A stretch of 51,542 nt of DNA from a virus (lineage: Duplodnaviria > Caudoviricetes), in IMG/VR virus record IMGVR_UViG_3300036773_000035, positions 1-51,542 of that record; one strand, written 5' to 3'. Position numbers and translations under genes: made by a program. Positions 8,481 to 17,173 of this stretch are shown here, in pieces (position 1 is the stretch's first letter; each line of letters starts with the position of its first letter). The notes beneath the pieces are model-generated. The model was not told where the DNA came from, searched no databases, and saw nothing but the letters and a program-made list of their open reading frames with translations.

Positions 8481-8903
8481 ATGGCTGGTGCAGTTCCTCT
8501 CTACACGACTGACTCGCAGACCTTCGAGGTCAGCGCGGCGGTCACTGGTGGGCAGTTGGTTGTACCCACCACGGGTGGCAAGATCGGCCCAGCCGGTCTG
8601 ACCGCCAACACCGTGATCGGTGTCGCGCGTAAGGATGCTATCCCGACGGCGACGAACCAGAACCCGACGGGTTCGATCATGCTCTCGCCGGTGTCGCAGT
8701 ACACGGCGGTGGCTGCTCACGGTACCTGGAGTTTGAAGGCCGCAGCCGCGATCACCTTCGGGCAGACGGTCAAGGCCGGTGCCACTGGTCAGGTAGCGGT
8801 GTGGGTGTCCGGGACGGATGCGGCTGACACGATCGTCGGTCGTTGCGTCGAACCGCTCGGGATCGCGAGTGGCGCTTTCGGCGCCATCCGCCTGAACCTC
8901 TAG
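8481..8903 (+). CDS. Capsid decoration/cement protein
   Basis: 140 aa Gly/Ala/Val-rich, VIGVA motif, immediately before the major capsid gene. Confidence 0.65.
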   Translation: MAGAVPLYTTDSQTFEVSAAVTGGQLVVPTTGGKIGPAGLTANTVIGVARKDAIPTATNQNPTGSIMLSPVSQYTAVAAHGTWSLKAAAAITFGQTVKAGATGQVAVWVSGTDAADTIVGRCVEPLGIASGAFGAIRLNL

Positions 8904-8919
8904 GAAGGAGGGGTAGCAC

Positions 8920-9876
8920 ATGGCACTCGTGCCGATCATCGCTGCGGGCGATGGACAGCGGATCACGGTCAACTCGCTCGTCAAGTCGCCGCTGATCATC
9001 CCCCGCAAGATCCTCTCCCTGATGGAGAACCAGTTCATCGTGGACTCGGTGCTTCGTCCGGGCGGGAACACGCCTTCGGGTGTGGTCCAGTACAACGAGA
9101 GCACGCCGCTCTTCCTCGACAGCGGGTCCGGTATCCGCGAGGAGTACGGCGAGTACCGCATTGGTACGGGGTCGGACGGTCAGCTGTCCGTCGTCGTGAC
9201 GACCGACCGCGGTCTCTCGATCGTGGTGTCCGACACGGAACGGCGTCGGAACAGCCTGGACATCATCAACCTGCGGATGACGCAGGCGCGGAACACGCTC
9301 CTTCGGGACTGGGACCTCGCGTTCCAGGCGTCGTTGCTGGGCAACGCCAGCATCCCGACGTACGCTGCGGGTAGCGCTGACGGTGTGACGTCGACCTCCG
9401 CGTACTGGGACCTGCCCACGACGGGTCTGCCGCGACACGACATCATCCGTGCGAAGTACACGGTCAAGCAGGCGATCTACAGTGCGCAGGCGAACAACTG
9501 GTTCGCGTTCCAGCCGGACACGATGGTGATCTCGTCCGACACTGCGGAAGCGATGCTGTTCTCGAACGACCTCAATGCGCAGCTGGCGCCGCAGGGTCCG
9601 TTGGCAACCGAGAACCTGCTGTACACCGGCAAGCTGCCGAACAAGATCCTTGACCTCGACGTTCTGGTGTCGCGTACGTGGCCCAACGACAAGGTCCTGA
9701 TCTGCGAGCGGAACACTCTCGGCTTCATCGCCGACGAGATGCCTCTCCAGGCGACGCCGATGTACCGCAAGGAGGAGAACAAGTACTGGCGGACGGACAT
9801 CAACCGTCAGTCCGCTCTCGGGATCGACCAGCCGCTCGCCGGGTGCATCATCACCGGCGTGAACGACGCGCCCTGA
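8920..9876 (+). CDS. Major capsid protein
   Basis: Strong RBS; 318 aa; PDTMVI and C-terminal DQPLA typical of HK97-fold capsids; synteny. Confidence 0.85.
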   Translation: MALVPIIAAGDGQRITVNSLVKSPLIIPRKILSLMENQFIVDSVLRPGGNTPSGVVQYNESTPLFLDSGSGIREEYGEYRIGTGSDGQLSVVVTTDRGLSIVVSDTERRRNSLDIINLRMTQARNTLLRDWDLAFQASLLGNASIPTYAAGSADGVTSTSAYWDLPTTGLPRHDIIRAKYTVKQAIYSAQANNWFAFQPDTMVISSDTAEAMLFSNDLNAQLAPQGPLATENLLYTGKLPNKILDLDVLVSRTWPNDKVLICERNTLGFIADEMPLQATPMYRKEENKYWRTDINRQSALGIDQPLAGCIITGVNDAP

Positions 9877-10106
9877 TGGCTAGCGGCGACGTGATCTACG
9901 AGCGGAACAACGTTCCAATCTCGTCGATCAGTACGGATAACGGCATGCAGATCGTGTCGCTGAGTGGTGGCACGCTGGTGGTACCAACCGAAGGTTGGAC
10001 GGCAATCGACGTGTTGCTCCAGCTCAACCGCGCAAGTGGTCAGGGTCAGCTGCCGTTGGTCTTCGACAACACGAAGCAGTACAAGATCACAGTGACGGAG
10101 GTGTGA
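9876..10106 (+). CDS. Hypothetical protein
   Basis: TGATG overlap with capsid stop. Confidence 0.7.
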   Translation: MASGDVIYERNNVPISSISTDNGMQIVSLSGGTLVVPTEGWTAIDVLLQLNRASGQGQLPLVFDNTKQYKITVTEV

Positions 10107-10108
10107 AC

Positions 10109-10402
10109 ATGGCGGACACGAAGAAGTACCAGGTGCTGCACCGAGCGATCTACGTTCAGCGCTCCGACGGTAAGATGGGTGCGGAAGAGTACCTGTTCGG
10201 TTCCGAGGTCGAACTCGGCGAGGCCCAGGCGAAGCACTACCTGGACATCGGTGCGATCGGTGAGCCGGGTTCCGCGGTGCAGGGCAGTGCTTCGGACGAG
10301 CAGGACGCGAAGGTTGCGGAGCTGGAACAGCCGCTGGCAGACGCGCAGAAGCAGCTGGCCGATGCGCAGAAGACTCCGCCGACGCCGCCAGCGAAGAAGT
10401 AG
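10109..10402 (+). CDS. Hypothetical head-associated protein
   Basis: GGAGG RBS; MADTKKYQV. Confidence 0.7.
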   Translation: MADTKKYQVLHRAIYVQRSDGKMGAEEYLFGSEVELGEAQAKHYLDIGAIGEPGSAVQGSASDEQDAKVAELEQPLADAQKQLADAQKTPPTPPAKK

Positions 10403-10406
10403 TCCC

Positions 10407-10904
10407 ATGGCGGAGTACACGACACCGAATAGCTTGCGGAACCTCCTTGCGAGGGACCAGACGCAGGTGTCTCGTACTGCCGCAATCATGGACGACCCGC
10501 AACTGGTCAAGGCAATCTCTCAAGCGTCTGACGTGATTGACGGGTACCTCGTATCCCGTTACACGGTGCCGTTCACTGACCCCTACCCGACACTCATCGT
10601 CACGCTGACGGAGGCTATCGCCGCGTACTTTGCGGACCTCACCTTCCGCCAGGGTGTAGACTACGACAGCAACCTCGACCCCGTGTACCTTCGGTGCCAG
10701 TGGGCGAAAGAAACGCTGACGGACATCCACGATGGGAAGGTCGACATCCCGGGGTTGCCGGACGGTGGCGGAGGCGGTGTCGTTGTTGGTGGTGCGACCA
10801 TCATCAACGGGTACCAGGGTAGGTTGTTCTGGCCGACAGACTTCGACCTGATTCCGGACTGGCAGTCCCCAGGTCGTTGGAACCCAGCGATTGGGTGGTT
10901 CTGA
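10407..10904 (+). CDS. Head-to-tail adaptor (Mu gp36/DUF1320-like)
   Basis: MAEYTT...ASDVIDGYL..RYTVP...IAAY. Confidence 0.8.
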   Translation: MAEYTTPNSLRNLLARDQTQVSRTAAIMDDPQLVKAISQASDVIDGYLVSRYTVPFTDPYPTLIVTLTEAIAAYFADLTFRQGVDYDSNLDPVYLRCQWAKETLTDIHDGKVDIPGLPDGGGGGVVVGGATIINGYQGRLFWPTDFDLIPDWQSPGRWNPAIGWF

Positions 10905-11299
10905 TGGCGGGCCGTTTCGTGACAGAAGGTGTCGCGAGAGTGCGTGCACTTGTAGGGCGCGGGATCCTGCGTGGTCGGGTGGTCGTCGATCAGCCGTACG
11001 CGCAGGACCAGCACGAATCCGTGTGGTACCGGCATCCGCGGGGTGGACAGGCGAAGTACCTGGAGACCCCGCTGCTCGCTCAAGCCACTGGGTACACGCA
11101 GCACCTTGCAGAGCACGTCTTGAGTGGTGGACTGGTGAACGCGATGCAGGACAACGTTGAGGACCTGGCTGGGAACCAGCTGAGTCGTCATGCGCCTGTG
11201 GACACCGGAAAGTTGCGAGAGTCGGGGCATCCGATAGTTGAGGATGGCGGACAGACGGTCTTCGATCGACCACCTGTGCAAGCGCGGGAACGAGGCTGA
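10904..11299 (+). CDS. Neck/tail completion protein (HK97 gp10-like)
   Basis: YAQDQHE, GQAKYLE and APVDTGKLRES motifs. Confidence 0.75.
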   Translation: MAGRFVTEGVARVRALVGRGILRGRVVVDQPYAQDQHESVWYRHPRGGQAKYLETPLLAQATGYTQHLAEHVLSGGLVNAMQDNVEDLAGNQLSRHAPVDTGKLRESGHPIVEDGGQTVFDRPPVQARERG

Positions 11300-11300
11300 C

Positions 11301-11693
11301 GTGACGTTCGACGTGGAGACGTTCAAGGACTGGCTCAAGGACCAGACCGGGATCGATGGTGAACTGGGTCCCAACCCGATGCCGGACATGCCAGACAGGT
11401 TCTTCCTCGTAACACTACTTCCCGGAGCAGGACTGGCACTCGACGATCAGTTCGATCGTCCGTCGTTCCAAGTTGCGGTACGCGGGGATCAGTTCGCGGA
11501 GTTCACGCCGAACCGTGACGCACAGGCAATCGACCGGTTGCTGGTGAAGGAGCTCGATTACCCGCACACGTTGTGGGGGACCTACGTGGCTACTTGCACT
11601 CGCACAGGAGGAGGACCGTCGCCGCTGCAGAGCTACGACAAAGGTCGCCGGGTTACCTACACGTGTACGTATTGGGTCCTGTGTGACCTGTGA
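11301..11693 (+). CDS. Tail terminator
   Basis: PDMPDR and RPSFQVAVRG motifs; synteny. Confidence 0.7.
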   Translation: MTFDVETFKDWLKDQTGIDGELGPNPMPDMPDRFFLVTLLPGAGLALDDQFDRPSFQVAVRGDQFAEFTPNRDAQAIDRLLVKELDYPHTLWGTYVATCTRTGGGPSPLQSYDKGRRVTYTCTYWVLCDL

Positions 11694-11749
11694 CTACTGT
11701 GTCGCCCGAGTGACGATCCAGCCGTAAAACCGGAATGAGAGAGGTAAAG

Positions 11750-11977
11750 ATGGCAACATCGAAGCCTACTTCGCCGGCTGCCGAAGAGAAGGCCGAAGCA
11801 CCGGCGGAGCCTGCGAAGGCAACCGTCCAGCTGCGCACCTTCGGGATGGTGGACCGGTTCGAGGACGGCGACATCGTGGTCGACCGCGAGCAGGGGGAAC
11901 TCCCCGCGAGCGACGTCGATGCGTTCATCCGCAAGGCGGGCATGCTGGGCGTGCACGTCATGGTGAAGGAGGACTGA
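11750..11977 (+). CDS. Hypothetical protein
   Basis: GAGGT RBS; fills the gap before the major tail gene. Confidence 0.65.
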   Translation: MATSKPTSPAAEEKAEAPAEPAKATVQLRTFGMVDRFEDGDIVVDREQGELPASDVDAFIRKAGMLGVHVMVKED

Positions 11978-11978
11978 C

Positions 11979-12575
11979 ATGGCGGCTGTTGCCCCCACGT
12001 ACGACCGCACGAACGTGCTCGTCGGACAGGCACGCGTCTTCGTGGCTCCGTACAACCCGGTGGTGCCTGTCACCTTGCCGGCGGAAACGGTGGCTCTCGG
12101 TGGCACGTGGCCTGCGCCGTGGGTTCCGATCGGTGCGACTGAAGCCGGTGTCTCGCTGCTGTTCAAGCGGGAGACCGAAGACGTCATGATCGAGGAGCAG
12201 TTGACTCCGATCGTGACCAACACGAAGAGCGTGGACCTTCGGGTCAACACCACGCTGTCCGAGGACACGCTGCAGACGATGAAGTTGGCCTTCGGCGGTG
12301 GCACGATCACCGTCACTGCTGCCAGCTCTGGCGTGATCGGCAAGGAGACGCTGGTCATCTCTTCGGACCTGGACCAGTTGGTTGTCGGCATGGAGGGTGT
12401 GAACAAGTACGGCTTCTACCGACGCGTGCTGATCCCGCTGATCACGTCCGCTGCGGATGTCGAAGCGGTCTACCGTCGCTCTGCGGACGCCCGTCGCTAC
12501 AAGACCTCACTGGTGGCGCTGTGCGCTCCCGAAGAGGTCGTCATCGTCAACAAGACCGCGAACGCACTGCCGTAA
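11979..12575 (+). CDS. Major tail protein
   Basis: NVLVGQA and WVPIGATEAGV motifs; precedes the chaperone and tape measure genes. Confidence 0.85.
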   Translation: MAAVAPTYDRTNVLVGQARVFVAPYNPVVPVTLPAETVALGGTWPAPWVPIGATEAGVSLLFKRETEDVMIEEQLTPIVTNTKSVDLRVNTTLSEDTLQTMKLAFGGGTITVTAASSGVIGKETLVISSDLDQLVVGMEGVNKYGFYRRVLIPLITSAADVEAVYRRSADARRYKTSLVALCAPEEVVIVNKTANALP

Positions 12576-12586
12576 GGAGGTAACCC

Positions 12587-13039
12587 ATGACCGGATTCGA
12601 CGCGGGTGAAGTCGTTGCTCCACTGGACTACGACTTCACCACGATCAAGCAGCTCCGCTCGGAAACGCGGGAGAAGCTGCAGAACGCGAAGGGCACCATC
12701 CCGGAGCCGTCGGACAAGCAGATCCAGAGTCTGATCAGGGCGCAACGCAAGGCCCTGACGGACGCAGGGATCAACCTGGACGAGTTGGACCCCGAGGATG
12801 CCACCACGCTGATCAAGGTGGCCTCCAAGCTGACGGAGGAGCAGCAGTCGGAGGTCTCGCAGCGTGTGCTGCAGGCCGTGGTGTCCGTCTGTGACGGTTC
12901 ACCGACCGAAGAGGAGATCACCGCACTGCCGCAGCGGGTCCAGAACGCGTTCATCGCCTGGCTGATGAAGTCGTTGACTGACCCGGAATCCGCGGCCGGC
13001 GCTACGAAGCCCTCACTGGCGGTCGTGCGCGCCGGCTAA
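12587..13039 (+). CDS. Tail assembly chaperone (G-like)
   Basis: Between major tail and tape measure genes; AAGGAGG RBS. Confidence 0.8.
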   Translation: MTGFDAGEVVAPLDYDFTTIKQLRSETREKLQNAKGTIPEPSDKQIQSLIRAQRKALTDAGINLDELDPEDATTLIKVASKLTEEQQSEVSQRVLQAVVSVCDGSPTEEEITALPQRVQNAFIAWLMKSLTDPESAAGATKPSLAVVRAG

Positions 13040-13281
13040 CGTACTACATGGCGCGTAGGCACTTAGGGATGTCCGTGATGCAGTGGGACTCCTTGGTGTG
13101 GTACGAGCAGCTTCTCTTGATGGATGGACTCCTGACGGAGTTCAGCAAGGGAGAGGAACAGTACGATTCCGGGCCTGCACCTGTGCGAAGCACCGGTGAG
13201 CTCTGGGATGACCCAGACGACGATCCGGAGGATGCGGATATGCTCGGAGAGTTCGGGATCCAGGTGAGAGAGGCGGGGTGA
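12982..13281 (+). CDS. Tail assembly chaperone extension (T-like), probably reached by a -1 frameshift
   Basis: -1 frame open from 12982 (CCCGGAA) to 13281; ATG 13048 has no RBS. Confidence 0.6.
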   Translation, partial: PGIRGRRYEALTGGRARRLTYYMARRHLGMSVMQWDSLVWYEQLLLMDGLLTEFSKGEEQYDSGPAPVRSTGELWDDPDDDPEDADMLGEFGIQVREAG

Positions 13282-13282
13282 C

Positions 13283-16200
13283 GTGGCGTTTGATGCCGGA
13301 GCGATTGAATCACAGCTGACGCTGGATCGCACAGCCTTCAACGTCGGCCTGGATGCCGCACTTGCGGATGCAGCTGCATTCGAGTCACTTCGCCCGAAGA
13401 TGACGATCGACCTCGACGTGGACGAGGGCAACCTCGCTGCTGCGGAGGCGTTGATCTCGGAGTTGGACGGTCGCAAGGCTACCGTCAACATCGACGCGGA
13501 CATGAACACCGGCGGTGCGGAAGCGCACATGGACGAGTTCATCGCCCGCGAGAGTGCTCGCAAGATCGACGTTGACGTGGATGTCAATTCCGCGGGTGCT
13601 GCGTTGGGTCTCGGCGCACTCGATAGTGCTGCGGGTAGTGCCGGTGGTGGCATGGGTCGGTTGCTGCCCATCATCGGTGCTGTCGCAGTTGCGGTAACTG
13701 CGCTGCCTGCTGCAGTGTTTGCCGGTGCGGGTGCACTAGGCGCACTCGGTGGCGCAGCGTATGGAGTGGTGGGTGCGCTGCAGGCGTATTCTGCACAGCA
13801 GAAGTCTGCAGCGTCTTCCTCAACGCAAGGTGCCGCAACTGCGCTCTCGAACGCAGTTGCACTCCGGAACGCACAGAACGCGATCTCAGACGCGCAGACT
13901 TCGGCTGCACGATCCGCAGCTGACAGCGCTCAGAAGATCCAGGACGCGGAACAGGCTCTCAACAATGCGCTTGCGCAGGAACAGACAGCCCAACAGAACG
14001 TTGCGACTGCTCGACGAGCTGCTCAGGCAGAGCTCTCCTCTCTCGCAGACCAGACGCGAGACGCAGCCCTCACGATGGAGGGTGCTCAGCTCTCGGTTGA
14101 GAAGGCGCAGAACGCGCTAACCGCTGCGATGATCAATGCGAACCCGGCGTCGTTGCAGGTTCGTGATGCGCAGTACCAGTTGGCGCTCGCTCAGCAGCGT
14201 GCGAAGGAAGCAACGCAGGCCAACGCACAGACGCAGGAGGATGCGAACGCGAAGCTCGCAGCCGGGGTTGAGGGTTCTTCTCAGGTTGTCGCTGCGAAGA
14301 ACCAGGAGGCTGCAGCCAGCCAGCGGGTGCAAGACGCACAGGAGAGCTTAGCGAAGGCTCAGGAGCAGTCTCTCCGATCGCAGGAGGACTCCAGTCTGAG
14401 GTTGCAGCGTGCGATCCAAGCTCTCGCTGACACGCAGGCACAGCAGGCAGCCAGTGCGACATCCGCAGCTGCGAAGAACAACCAGTTCGCGGACGCGATG
14501 GCGAAGCTGTCACCGACTGCGCAGGAGTTCGTCCGACAGCTGATCGCGATGAAACCGCTGTTCACGGACTTCACGCACTCGGTGCAGGAAGCGACACTGC
14601 CCGGGTTCATCGACATGCTCCACGGGATCGGTTCCGCTGCGCCGGCGATCACAGCTGGCATGATCCCTGCCGGACAGGCCATCTCGAGCATCGCGACGAG
14701 CTTCGGGACGCTGATGGCGAACCCGGCATTCCAGGGTCAGCTGACCGCCGCGTTGCAGAACTCCGTGCCGATCATCACGTCTCTGGGGAACGGGTTCGTA
14801 GGACTGTTCCAGAGCATGACGCAGTTCGCTGCAGCTACACCTGCACTGACTGCGGGCTTGGGTGGCGGACTCACCGCAGTGTTCCAAGGGCTACAGCAGT
14901 TCTTCACGGTGCTGATCCCCTACGGTCCAGCACTCGGTGCACTGTTCCAAGGCATCGGTGGTGTGGTGCAGGCAATCCTGCCGATCATCGGACAGCTAGT
15001 GGGGTTGTTCGCTACCGCACTTGGACCGGCACTCAACGCGCTTGCTCCGGTGATTGCACAGGTGGGTCAGGTCCTGGCTAGTTCGCTGTCGCCGATCATC
15101 GCAGCGTTGGCTCCGATCCTGGTGCAGCTCGCACCGATCTTGGGTCAGATCGCTACGCTGTTCATCCAACTGGCTGCACCCATCATCAGCGCGGTCATGC
15201 CAGTGATCCAGGCGCTGCTACCGGTGCTAGGAACGGTCACGACAGCACTGCAACCGTTGATCCCGATTGTGACACAGCTCGCGAACATGATCAGCGCTGC
15301 ACTGGTGCAGTCGATCAACGCACTGGCTCCAGTCCTGCCACCGTTGATCGCTCTCGGTGTGCAGCTGCTGCAAGCACTCATGCCGCTGGTGCCACCGATC
15401 CTGCAGCTAGCGACGAACCTGTTCCCGATCCTCGCACAGATCCTCACGGGTGCGTTGATCCCGGTGCTCTCGTCGCTCATCGGTGCACTCGCTCCGATCC
15501 TGCCTGTCATCGGGCAACTGATCAACGCGTTGTCCGCAGTGTTGATGCCAGTCATCCAGGCACTCGCACCGTTGATCAGTTCCGTGTTCGGTGCGCTGAT
15601 GCCGATCATCCAGCCGGTCATCAACATCATCGTGAGCCTGCTGAACATCGTGATCGGCATCATCACTGGTGACTGGACGAAGGCGTGGAACGGTATCAAG
15701 GGTGTCGTCGGTGGGATCATTGACTTCATCAAGGGCGTGCCGAAGGCGATCTACGACACGGTTATGGCCGGGCTACAGTTCATCCTCAACATCGGCCGGG
15801 ACATCATCGGCGGGATCGTGCGCGGGTTGGAGAATGCCGTCGGTGCGATCTGGGACTGGTTGAGCGGGATGCTAGACCGGTTCTGGAAGGGCATTAAGAA
15901 CTTCTTCGGGTTCGGCTCTCCCTCGAGGCTGATGGCACAAGCTGGCCAGTGGATCGGTCAGGGGTTGGTGCGCGGGTTGGTCGATGCCACTCCCGCGATC
16001 ATGGCAGCAGCAGACAACGCATCGCAGGCTGCGGTGATCACGCCAACGTACGGAGCGCTGACTGGGTCGCCACAGATCCCGAACGCCTTCCAGACACCTG
16101 GCGGATCACAGGTTGGGATCGGACCGAACGGCCTCCCTGTGCAACCAGGTACACCGACGATCGGCGGAGTGCCGGTACCGGACTTCGTGGACGCACTCGC

Positions 16201-16306
16201 GACTGCGACAGCCAAGGCAATCGACGGGTCGAACCTCAACTTCGACTCGCAGGGTAACGCTCAGCTCGTCTCCACGACGCTGACGCAGAACGCAGTGGGG
16301 AGGTGA
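13283..16306 (+). CDS. Tape measure protein
   Basis: 1007 aa; Ala/Gln coiled-coil followed by amphipathic Pro-punctuated repeats, GDWTKAW and SPSRLM. Confidence 0.92.
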   Translation: MAFDAGAIESQLTLDRTAFNVGLDAALADAAAFESLRPKMTIDLDVDEGNLAAAEALISELDGRKATVNIDADMNTGGAEAHMDEFIARESARKIDVDVDVNSAGAALGLGALDSAAGSAGGGMGRLLPIIGAVAVAVTALPAAVFAGAGALGALGGAAYGVVGALQAYSAQQKSAASSSTQGAATALSNAVALRNAQNAISDAQTSAARSAADSAQKIQDAEQALNNALAQEQTAQQNVATARRAAQAELSSLADQTRDAALTMEGAQLSVEKAQNALTAAMINANPASLQVRDAQYQLALAQQRAKEATQANAQTQEDANAKLAAGVEGSSQVVAAKNQEAAASQRVQDAQESLAKAQEQSLRSQEDSSLRLQRAIQALADTQAQQAASATSAAAKNNQFADAMAKLSPTAQEFVRQLIAMKPLFTDFTHSVQEATLPGFIDMLHGIGSAAPAITAGMIPAGQAISSIATSFGTLMANPAFQGQLTAALQNSVPIITSLGNGFVGLFQSMTQFAAATPALTAGLGGGLTAVFQGLQQFFTVLIPYGPALGALFQGIGGVVQAILPIIGQLVGLFATALGPALNALAPVIAQVGQVLASSLSPIIAALAPILVQLAPILGQIATLFIQLAAPIISAVMPVIQALLPVLGTVTTALQPLIPIVTQLANMISAALVQSINALAPVLPPLIALGVQLLQALMPLVPPILQLATNLFPILAQILTGALIPVLSSLIGALAPILPVIGQLINALSAVLMPVIQALAPLISSVFGALMPIIQPVINIIVSLLNIVIGIITGDWTKAWNGIKGVVGGIIDFIKGVPKAIYDTVMAGLQFILNIGRDIIGGIVRGLENAVGAIWDWLSGMLDRFWKGIKNFFGFGSPSRLMAQAGQWIGQGLVRGLVDATPAIMAAADNASQAAVITPTYGALTGSPQIPNAFQTPGGSQVGIGPNGLPVQPGTPTIGGVPVPDFVDALATATAKAIDGSNLNFDSQGNAQLVSTTLTQNAVGR

Positions 16307-16309
16307 CAC

Positions 16310-17173
16310 GTGACCGTTAACCGCTACCGGTACTACCTCGGACCGGCTGGGTACCTGACTGCGCTACCTCCACACGAACGGAGCTCGCAGAAGACGTTGG
16401 ACGTCATGCCCATCGGAGCGCTTCAGCAGAGTCTGTCGGGACGCACGACCTACGACATCCGCAACTACAAGAAGACGTGGGCACTCGAGTGGACGTTCCG
16501 TAAGAGCGATGAGTACGTGATGCTGGAGAGCATGTTCCATGGTCTCTCCGGTCAGCCAGTGCGGTTCATGGACGGACGCCGCCGCAACCTGTTCCCGATG
16601 AACATCGCAGCCGGTGGGTCCGCAGTGCTCGACACCGACGGTTGGAGCTTGACGTCCGGCATCGGTACGATGGCGTTCTCCACAACGCTAGCTCTCCCGA
16701 CGGAGCTCGCTGGGAAGATCGCTGGTGGGATCGCGTGTGCAACGTTAGCCCAGAACAACACGCTGCAGGCCGTGTACGAGACCATCCCACTGCTGCAGGG
16801 GAGCTCGTACCGGTTCAGTGGGTACATCGCTGGTACCGGGACCGTACAGGCGTTCGCACAGCGGCTGAGTGCTACCGGTGCAGTGCTCGGGACGACGGAC
16901 TTCGGATCCGCGATCACGCTCACGGGGAGTTACGTGCCCTTCGAGAAGGTGTTCGCTCCGGTATCAGGAGACGCTGCTGCGTGGCTGGGGTTCCGTGTGA
17001 CCTCAACCGGCACGTCCGCGATCACCACAACCGGCTGGATGACGCAGCTCGATGAGGCGAAGAAGGGTTGGCTGCCTGGCGCAGGCTGCCCGGAGGTGCT
17101 GGTGACGAAGTTCCAGCGCAAGTACTACGACCTTCCGTACATCCATGCGACCGCAACTATCCAGGAGGCCTAG
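16310..17173 (+). CDS. Distal tail protein with probable carbohydrate-binding insertion
   Basis: Follows the tape measure gene; internal NLF...GW...YRFSGY segment resembles a CBM. Confidence 0.65.
   Translation: MTVNRYRYYLGPAGYLTALPPHERSSQKTLDVMPIGALQQSLSGRTTYDIRNYKKTWALEWTFRKSDEYVMLESMFHGLSGQPVRFMDGRRRNLFPMNIAAGGSAVLDTDGWSLTSGIGTMAFSTTLALPTELAGKIAGGIACATLAQNNTLQAVYETIPLLQGSSYRFSGYIAGTGTVQAFAQRLSATGAVLGTTDFGSAITLTGSYVPFEKVFAPVSGDAAAWLGFRVTSTGTSAITTTGWMTQLDEAKKGWLPGAGCPEVLVTKFQRKYYDLPYIHATATIQEA

Noticed and set aside
7419-11273. Long antisense ORFs (7419-9161, 9807-11273 and similar ones elsewhere)
   Set aside because: Shadow frames of GC-rich genes with no motifs or RBS, fully overlapping well-supported CDSs
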